A DNA stretch of 10,975 bases. Origin: an uncultured archaeon. GTDB lineage: Archaea > Asgardarchaeota > Heimdallarchaeia > Heimdallarchaeales > Heimdallarchaeaceae. Position 1 is the first letter of the stretch, and each line of letters opens with the position of its first letter. Below the pieces are notes generated by a model. That model had not been told where the DNA came from and did not search any database. It was given only the letters and a program-made list of their open reading frames with translations. The position numbers were made by a program, and so were the translations under genes. The stretch lies in contig CAZHRF010000072.1 in the NCBI GenBank assembly GCA_964534625.1, forward strand, positions 1-10,975, in the 5' to 3' direction. Shown here one piece after another: positions 1-6,189 of this stretch.

Positions 1-69
1 GTAAGCCCTCATTTTGAGGCAACTTCGTTGAAACAAGAAACCATCTGCCTTTAGGTAGTGGTAGTTCAT
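1..69 (+). mobile_element. Right end of an IS200/IS605-family (tnpB-type) element; likely 3' part of the omega/reRNA scaffold
   Basis: Subterminal imperfect hairpin ACCA(T)CTGCCT-TT-AGGTAGTGGT (40-62), preceded by GAAA and followed by AGTTCA(T). Upstream GTAAG-[CCTCA-TTT-TGAGG hairpin]-CAAC...TTGAAACAAGAA layout is typical of tnpB 3' ends. No tnpB gene is in the window. Confidence 0.7.
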
Positions 70-100
70 AATGAAAAAATAGGATAAAAGTATTAAGAGA

Positions 101-745
101 TTATTCTGTATATTTTGATTGTAAAATATCTTCTGTTGTACGTAGTGTAGCTCCTTTTCCTTTCCATTCTTTAATCAAATTTGCTGTTTTTTCTTTGTCT
201 ACACCTTTTATTGCATCTTCTACGACATAAACTTCATATTGTCGCTCTAATAATCCTTCCACAGCATGCTTGACACATACATCAGCTGCTACCCCATACA
301 CAATAATCTTCTTTGGATCAATCTCACTCAAAATTAGTTCAGCATTAGGATTAGTAAAGACATCAGTATCATTTTTTCTAAAAAATATAGGAAAACGGCT
401 ATTTACAATATCATGAATCTTTTCAGAAGACAGATTCTCACTATAATCTATCCAATGTGCTGTATCAGATCTTGTTTCCATAATCTTTTCCGCACCAAGC
501 TCACCAGCCATACAATGTGGAGGAAATGTATTCTTAAAATCTGCTCCTTCCTCCACTATTTCTTCATCATCAAGAGAATGATAATCAACAGAACCTAATA
601 AACGAATGCCAGTTAGCCTTGCATATTGAGTCATTTTCTCTAAATTAGGTTTAATATCTTCTGCACCTTCAACATAAAGTGCCCCATCTTTATTACAGAA
701 ATCTCTTTGGGTGTCGACATCCCAGAAAATTACGTTGCCTATCAT
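101..745 (-). CDS. pncA: Nicotinamidase/pyrazinamidase (isochorismatase-like cysteine hydrolase)
   Basis: DVDTQRDF (catalytic Asp), DYH and FPPHC metal ligands, catalytic Lys in FRKND, GVAADVCV catalytic Cys motif. Confidence 0.85.
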   Translation of the reverse strand: MIGNVIFWDVDTQRDFCNKDGALYVEGAEDIKPNLEKMTQYARLTGIRLLGSVDYHSLDDEEIVEEGADFKNTFPPHCMAGELGAEKIMETRSDTAHWIDYSENLSSEKIHDIVNSRFPIFFRKNDTDVFTNPNAELILSEIDPKKIIVYGVAADVCVKHAVEGLLERQYEVYVVEDAIKGVDKEKTANLIKEWKGKGATLRTTEDILQSKYTE

Positions 746-773
746 TTTTTTTCAAATAATACTAGGTTTTCTA

Positions 774-787
774 CTTATAAAAGTTTT
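774..787 (-). promoter_or_regulatory. Putative archaeal BRE/TATA promoter of pncA
   Basis: AAAACTTTTATAAG on the minus strand, about 30-40 nt upstream of the ATG at 745. Confidence 0.5.
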
Positions 788-865
788 ATTTAATCAATTC
801 TCCTAAAACTCATCACCTAAAGTTAAAATATCGATTTAGAATAGAAAAAGGGGTTATTATTTACT

Positions 866-2113
866 TTAATCGGGGAACTTTATCCTTATATACACATCTG
901 GTTCTTCGCCATTCCGCTCTAGTCCAGTTACAAATAATGTTTCATAATTACGTATATTTAATTCTTGTAGAGTAGCATTCTTTTTTGCTTCTTGCATATT
1001 TTGTCTATCAATGATCCAAAAATTGGGTAGATATTCAGGATCAAAGGTATACCCTTCTTTCTTTATAAGAGGTAAGATCATATCTATTGTCGTGGTAGGA
1101 GTAACTTTTATTTCAATCATATCAGGCTTGAATGACCCACATAATTGACAGTTCTTATTTGGAGGTTTCTTAAACTGATAAAATTTACCAACTAAGCCAT
1201 TGTATATTAGATAATCTTCATTCATCGTGCCTAATTCTATACCTTTTTGATGGTGTAAAATTTTCACCGCTTCTTGTGATTGAATTGATGCCATAACTGC
1301 ATTAATAGTTATAATAGTAGGATCATGTTGATCAACCATTTTTACAGCCTCATCTATTGTAAATTCACTCTCTCCAGGAAAGTGTTCTTTTACTAGTTTA
1401 TTCGCATACTCTAATACCATCTCCATCTCATTTATTTCCGTTGTATCCGGTGGCCTATTAAATTTCGATTCAAAAAATAGTTGTCCTTTAAGTAAACAGT
1501 GACTTCTTTTTCTTGGTATTCCAACCAATGTACATGCAGCCAGCGTTTCTCTTTCTGGTTCAATTTGGGGATCACATTGTAAACAAGCATTTTTCCCGGG
1601 TAAATAGGTATATACATGCCCATAATATGTCTGTGTTCCTGCATCAATCAAAGGTTTTTGAAAATGTACTGCTCTCCTCATTAATTCATTTCTTGCTGCT
1701 ACTGAATCTAGTCCTGCAATTATCAAATCTGCTTTTGCATAAATTTCTGGATCAACATTTTCCAAAGGTTTGTAATGCCATTCATATTCGCTAAACGGGT
1801 TAATCTTCTTTAATGTCCTGGCTGCCACTTTAGCTTTTGGTTCTCCTTCTTCAGCATCATAAAATAATATTTGTCTATTAAGATTAGAATATTCCACAAA
1901 ATCAAGATCAATCAGATGAAGCTTACCTACCCCCGCCATAGCTAAATTTTTAGCTACTTCAACACCTAACCCCCCTACACCAGCTATAATAACAGTTGAT
2001 TGTTTTAGGGCTTGTTGACTCCACCCAGGTAATCGCAATTGTCTATCTAAACGTTTTCTCTCTTCCTTATCAAAAGTTTCATCAAAAAAATTTGATTGAT
2101 ACCCTTTACTCAT
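866..2113 (-). CDS. Ubiquitin-like activating enzyme E1 (ThiF adenylation domain, catalytic Cys insert, C-terminal ubiquitin-fold domain), UBA2/UBA3-like
   Basis: RLDRQLRL, GVGGLG nucleotide-binding loop, DLDFVEYSNLNRQILF, GLDS, PLIDAGT, two Zn CxxC pairs (C177/C180, C322/C325), catalytic Cys194 in ACTLVGIPRKRSHC (cf. UBA3 MCTIASMPRLPEHC), and an ~85-aa C-terminal extension consistent with a UFD. Confidence 0.92.
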   Translation of the reverse strand: MSKGYQSNFFDETFDKEERKRLDRQLRLPGWSQQALKQSTVIIAGVGGLGVEVAKNLAMAGVGKLHLIDLDFVEYSNLNRQILFYDAEEGEPKAKVAARTLKKINPFSEYEWHYKPLENVDPEIYAKADLIIAGLDSVAARNELMRRAVHFQKPLIDAGTQTYYGHVYTYLPGKNACLQCDPQIEPERETLAACTLVGIPRKRSHCLLKGQLFFESKFNRPPDTTEINEMEMVLEYANKLVKEHFPGESEFTIDEAVKMVDQHDPTIITINAVMASIQSQEAVKILHHQKGIELGTMNEDYLIYNGLVGKFYQFKKPPNKNCQLCGSFKPDMIEIKVTPTTTIDMILPLIKKEGYTFDPEYLPNFWIIDRQNMQEAKKNATLQELNIRNYETLFVTGLERNGEEPDVYIRIKFPD

Positions 2114-2225
2114 TTTTTCACGCTCTTTAAGATGTTAATATATATTTCAAATAGTTTTTTATTATGTTTCTTTCAACTTTTTAGAGGATCATCCAAAAAA
2201 AAGATGGAATCTTTTCCTGCCAGTT

Positions 2226-2255
2226 AAAAAAAAATAAAACTAAATAAAATAAAAA
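2226..2255 (-). terminator. Oligo-T tract downstream of the Ubl gene (putative archaeal terminator)
   Basis: The minus strand reads TTTTTATTTTATTTAGTTTTATTTTTTTTT starting about 10 nt after the Ubl stop codon. Confidence 0.45.
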
Positions 2256-2264
2256 GTGTTTTGT

Positions 2265-2630
2265 TTAACCTGCTGTTGAAACTGGTATCAACAGTACGGT
2301 ATCCCCATCTTCAACACCATAATCTTTCAAAGCATCATCAGGATCACATGTTCTCCCAGCATGACTCAGATGGAATTCTTCTGGAGGTAATCCAAATATT
2401 TGGCCAACAGTATATTTCAAATCTGCAATAGGTGCTTCTTCAGATACAACTAACTTTTCTTGTTTAGGGTTTGGACCAATTGTACTTTGGAAATACACAC
2501 TTATTTTCTTTCCTTTGGGTGTTTTGGCTGTTGCAGGCGTCTTAGATTTAATAGGTTCTTCATCTTCAAATTCTTCTTCATCAAAATCCAATTCTTCAAA
2601 TTTTTCCTCTTCTTCACTCATGTTTTTCAC
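2265..2630 (-). CDS. Ubiquitin-like modifier (beta-grasp fold) with acidic N-terminal extension; C-terminus ...LLIPVSTAG-stop
   Basis: The last 42 aa align without gaps to ubiquitin residues 35-76 (GLPPEEFHLSHAGRTCDPDDALKDYGVEDGDTVLLIPVSTAG vs [42 protein letters not shown]). The true start is probably ATG at 2621 (118 aa), with the GTG at 2630 being part of a GAAGTGA RBS. Confidence 0.9.
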   Translation of the reverse strand: MKNMSEEEEKFEELDFDEEEFEDEEPIKSKTPATAKTPKGKKISVYFQSTIGPNPKQEKLVVSEEAPIADLKYTVGQIFGLPPEEFHLSHAGRTCDPDDALKDYGVEDGDTVLLIPVSTAG

Positions 2631-2784
2631 TTCGTTTTGTTATGTCATAGTAAGGTTATCCGTTTATTCTAATAAAGCTTCTCCTTTAATCAGATAAAGC
2701 ACGTCAATGTCATCATAAGAGTTAAAATTGAATACATTTATCTAGTACCAGAATCATCTTTAACTAACCACATAATCAAAATGA

Positions 2785-3573
2785 ATGGTCGACTCTACTT
2801 TGGTGAACAGCTTGAGACGAAATAACAAAAAACAAAAAGAGAGGATAAAATCTAAAACACCAGATAAGAAAGAAATTAAACGTAAAGCAAAAATTTCTAA
2901 AAGTAAAATTCCTACAGATGGTGAAGAAATAATTCTTCCTCCGGCAAAAAAAAATGTTCATCCCGTGAATGATAAAATACCCAAACAATCTGTTTTAGAA
3001 CAAGAAAGAGAGAGGAATCAATCTTTAACAAAAACTAAAATGCCTAATAAACATAAAGTTCCAGGAAAACAGAAACATAAATATTTTCCAGAAAAGAAGA
3101 ATAAAAAAATACCTAAAGAACGTATAAAGGATAAAAAACCTAAGAAAGACACGTTGGCTAATGATAAAACAAATAGTTTGATTCCCCCTAGATCATCACC
3201 TAAGGATACACCAGACGCAATACCATCTAAATCACGAATCAAAAAAGTTTCTAGATTAAAGAATACAGCACTAAAAAGAGAAAGAAGACAAAGAGAGGAA
3301 CCAGAAAGATCAAAATTCAGGAAACTATTATCTTTATTGTCTAGACCATTGACTAGAAAAGACAAAGAAGAGGCTCTCCCAAATGATGATTCTGATCTTT
3401 TTACCTCTCCAGAACCTATAGAATCACAACCAGTACCAGATGAACCAAAAAGAACTGAACAAAAAGAACGTTCAACACCTGTGACAAAAACAATCAGAGA
3501 AGAAAAAAAGCCTAAAAGAGTAAAAACGCCTAAAAAGGTAAAAACGCCCAAAAAAGATAAAATACCAAAATAA
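2785..3573 (+). CDS. Hypothetical Lys/Arg/Pro-rich, probably disordered protein with C-terminal KTPKK repeats
   Basis: 789-nt open frame, basic low-complexity composition, in-frame 18-nt repeats, no recognisable globular domain; fills the gap between two minus-strand genes. Confidence 0.7.
   Translation: MVDSTLVNSLRRNNKKQKERIKSKTPDKKEIKRKAKISKSKIPTDGEEIILPPAKKNVHPVNDKIPKQSVLEQERERNQSLTKTKMPNKHKVPGKQKHKYFPEKKNKKIPKERIKDKKPKKDTLANDKTNSLIPPRSSPKDTPDAIPSKSRIKKVSRLKNTALKRERRQREEPERSKFRKLLSLLSRPLTRKDKEEALPNDDSDLFTSPEPIESQPVPDEPKRTEQKERSTPVTKTIREEKKPKRVKTPKKVKTPKKDKIPK
3502..3573 (+). repeat. Four degenerate 18-nt tandem repeats encoding EKKPKR-VKTPKK-VKTPKK-DKIPK*
   Basis: gaaaaaaagcctaaaaga / gtaaaaacgcctaaaaag / gtaaaaacgcccaaaaaa / gataaaataccaaaataa; the two central units differ only at synonymous positions. 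Confidence 0.8.
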
Positions 3574-3614
3574 TGGTTATGAATTCAAGGGAAAATTTAA
3601 TGGTTTTTCATTTT

Positions 3615-4202
3615 TCATACAAACAAGGCTATAATTCCGCTATATAAATACAATCCCCCAAATATTATTAGAAAGAGATTATTCAGATAAAGAAATGAAG
3701 TAAGGAAATATGCCAAAGGGATCATTATTGTGAGCATAAAAGCTGTAAATTTTGGAGGTAAACCACCTTCACTTGTACCTGTTAATCTTATGAATGGGTA
3801 ACGAATATAGCTCCTAAACAACAAATAATTGCTGAAGATGTAATAAGGAGTTATGAGTATATCTACCACATTAATTGAATAAGTAAGATCTATATTCTCC
3901 CCTTGCAACTGGCCTGTTATAAATACCATTGCTTCATTTATTTCAAATATGCTTTGAGCCAAAATTAAGATTAGAGGAATTAGGGGTAAAAAAACAACAT
4001 ATGCCACTTCATTGAAGGTTGCGCTGTGTCTAACATAATAAATACTTCTAAACATATAAAATAAAGAAATAAACGCATATAATGCTAAGAAAACAAACAT
4101 TTTTCCATTAAACGAATTCCCTTCTATAAAATAATAGATCGCTATTCCTACTAAGGAAAGAGAGATCAAAAAAGAAGCGGTACCATATAATTTTCTACCC
4201 AT
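3615..4202 (-). CDS. Multi-pass membrane protein (about 6 TM), apparent paralog of the adjacent E3's membrane domain
   Basis: Several long hydrophobic segments; GGAGATGA RBS; in-register identities with the N-terminal domain of 4291..5403. Confidence 0.8.
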   Translation of the reverse strand: MGRKLYGTASFLISLSLVGIAIYYFIEGNSFNGKMFVFLALYAFISLFYMFRSIYYVRHSATFNEVAYVVFLPLIPLILILAQSIFEINEAMVFITGQLQGENIDLTYSINVVDILITPYYIFSNYLLFRSYIRYPFIRLTGTSEGGLPPKFTAFMLTIMIPLAYFLTSFLYLNNLFLIIFGGLYLYSGIIALFV

Positions 4203-4290
4203 TAAAATTCATCTCCAGTATAAATTTATACATTATCTTATTAAATCTTGCACTAATATTTTTATGGTAACAATAAAAATACTTTTGCTC

Positions 4291-5403
4291 TTATCTAATT
4301 TTAGATATGACTTTCTCAACGTAAAATTTGGTGCTCATTCTTAGTTTGGGATGTTTGATATATGCAGCAGATATTTTTGTGTTGCATCTTGGACATAAAT
4401 GAGAATTTGCAAACCACATATTAAGCTCATCCTCATGTGCTGGATACTTACAATGAGGGCATAATATCACTCGTCTTTTATCATTCTTCTTAAAATCTTG
4501 ATAACAAATTATACACTTTAAATCGTCTTTTGTTAATTTTCCTTTTGGTCTAATATTGATTTTACGTGTTTTTCTTTTTGTTTTCGACCTAGTTCTTCTA
4601 GTACTATCCACTTCTATTCCAGGATCCCTGTCAGCTAGAGCATCACTTGACGAAGACCTAGCTGTTGAATCCCTACTTGATCTAGTCGAGACTGTTCGAT
4701 AGCCATTTGATGGTCTTGTGGAAACCGGTCTATGTCTTGATGAGCGCCTGTTAGAAGAGCGACTACCTGTCCTACTTTTTGTTGTTGATCTTCTTGATGT
4801 ACTAGCACTTTTTTTACGAACGGCTGGTATTATATAATGTATCAACATCTGACTGAAAAATATAATGATAAATAGTATCGCTGTTATATCATATACTGCA
4901 GTTAAAAACACATATCGTATCCCTAGTATTAAAGTTAAAAGCAAATGAACTAAAACGGGTAAGGCTTGTTTTCTGATTATTTTTCTATTTATTGCCATTG
5001 CTGCCCATTTTTTACTATGAAAATTTCTAAAGTGTATGGAGAGAATTAACAGAGGGACAACTAGACTAATAGAGATTGTATTTGTGATTATTCGTATATA
5101 AAAAAAAGGCAATTCAAGCGCCAATCCCAAATATAAGTTATCTTGTATTATAGGCGAAACATATGTGCCAAATACAAGAATAACGTAAGGTAAAACTATA
5201 AACTGTAAACTTGCTAGTATTGCATTATAGCTTCTATAATAACTACGTTCTAACAAAAATTTTAATCCTGCTATGATATAGATTGTAATGTATAAAACGA
5301 GTAAACTTGTTTCTATGGCTTTGTCTATCAAGAAGTACAATAAACTTACCATTAGACCTAAAATAGCTAAACTAAGATATGTTTTACTGTTATTTAGATC
5401 CAA
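4291..5403 (-). CDS. Membrane-anchored RING-type E3 ligase (about 6 TM, Ser/Arg-rich linker, C-terminal variant RING)
   Basis: aa 1-195 hydrophobic; aa 196-289 S/R/T/K-rich; CIIC-x14-CPHC-x4-HEDE-LNMW-x6-CPRC with the E2-contact Ile, Trp and Pro of RING ligases; TTG start; clustered with E2 and JAB genes. Confidence 0.82.
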   Translation of the reverse strand: MDLNNSKTYLSLAILGLMVSLLYFLIDKAIETSLLVLYITIYIIAGLKFLLERSYYRSYNAILASLQFIVLPYVILVFGTYVSPIIQDNLYLGLALELPFFYIRIITNTISISLVVPLLILSIHFRNFHSKKWAAMAINRKIIRKQALPVLVHLLLTLILGIRYVFLTAVYDITAILFIIIFFSQMLIHYIIPAVRKKSASTSRRSTTKSRTGSRSSNRRSSRHRPVSTRPSNGYRTVSTRSSRDSTARSSSSDALADRDPGIEVDSTRRTRSKTKRKTRKINIRPKGKLTKDDLKCIICYQDFKKNDKRRVILCPHCKYPAHEDELNMWFANSHLCPRCNTKISAAYIKHPKLRMSTKFYVEKVISKIR

Positions 5404-5454
5404 TGGTGATTACTCCGATTTTCATTATCTCTTGTAACTATTTTTTTAATCTGT

Positions 5455-6189
5455 CTATTTATTCATTATTAGCTGGATTGAATCATAAGCTGCTTCTGTA
5501 CTTAATCCTTCTACTTCAAAATCAATTGCATAATACGATTGTTTATCTTCAGCCACTCTAAAAATTTTAAACCCATACGAGTTTTCAGAGATCATTAAAG
5601 GATCAACTACCAAGGCTATAGATCGATTCCAAAAAGTTTGGTATCTTAAATGCGTTCTAATATCATCATCACTCAAAAACGGAGTGTACGAAGGATGTGA
5701 ATGAGCCCAACCTATAATAAACTGTTTATCTTTCATTTTTTCTACAATTTCAGTAAAGATTTTTTGATCAATAATTTCAACTTTTACAGCATCACCTTGT
5801 GTCACTGGCCAATAATCTCGAACAACTAGTTGTTCAATAGGCGTATCTTCATTTTTGATAAAACCTGTAAGTAGCCCTATTATCTCAACCCATTTTTTTT
5901 GAGGAATAGTCCTATTAGCATAAGATAAAGCGTGTTTTGATAGTTTTAGATATGCTTTTGGCTTGATTACTATCTCAGGTTTTTGTTCAATGGAAATAGT
6001 CTCTTCGGTAATGTCAGCATCAAACTCTTCATTATCTTCATCGTCTATGGGTATTTCGTCTTCCATTTCCATATCTTCAATATGTAATTTTTTTTCTATC
6101 GCTTGAACTTTTTTTAACAGCTCTCTATAAGTAATAGGGATGGTTTCTTTTTCCTCATCTTTCATTTTTTTCACCAACATATCTACCAA
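5455..6189 (-). CDS. MPN+/JAMM (JAB) metallo-isopeptidase, Rpn11/CSN5/AMSH-like, with acidic N-terminal extension
   Basis: Catalytic Glu in VEIIGLLTG; GWAHSHPSYTPFLSDDD fits HxH-x7-S-x2-D; ALVVDP. The start may instead be ATG 6180 or ATG 6165 (the latter is preceded by GGTGA-AAAAAA). Confidence 0.92.
   Translation of the reverse strand: MVDMLVKKMKDEEKETIPITYRELLKKVQAIEKKLHIEDMEMEDEIPIDDEDNEEFDADITEETISIEQKPEIVIKPKAYLKLSKHALSYANRTIPQKKWVEIIGLLTGFIKNEDTPIEQLVVRDYWPVTQGDAVKVEIIDQKIFTEIVEKMKDKQFIIGWAHSHPSYTPFLSDDDIRTHLRYQTFWNRSIALVVDPLMISENSYGFKIFRVAEDKQSYYAIDFEVEGLSTEAAYDSIQLIMNK

Noticed and set aside
866-2630. Reading E1 plus Ubl as a ThiF/ThiS or MoeB/MoaD/SAMP sulfur-carrier pair
   Set aside because: The E1 has a eukaryote-type catalytic Cys insert and C-terminal extension, the Ubl aligns with ubiquitin, and E2/RING genes are adjacent; no thiamine or molybdopterin genes are present
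2265-2630. Calling the modifier UFM1 or SUMO
   Set aside because: It has some UFM1-like traits (IP-x4-G terminus) and a SUMO-like tail, but the core aligns best with ubiquitin and the E1/E2 are not UBA5/UFC1-like; orthology cannot be assigned by eye
3018-3551. 177-aa hydrophobic minus-strand ORF (also 2776..2988)
   Set aside because: Antisense shadow of the A-rich Lys-rich ORF; the Phe/Leu/Ser richness is simply the complement of Lys/Glu/Arg codons
2785-3573. True histone H1 ortholog
   Set aside because: No winged-helix globular domain is recognisable; the similarity is compositional only
4218-4231. Perfect 14-bp palindrome GTATAAATTTATAC upstream of the membrane protein gene
   Set aside because: Almost entirely A/T; on the order of one or two such palindromes are expected by chance in 11 kb of this composition, and no second copy was seen
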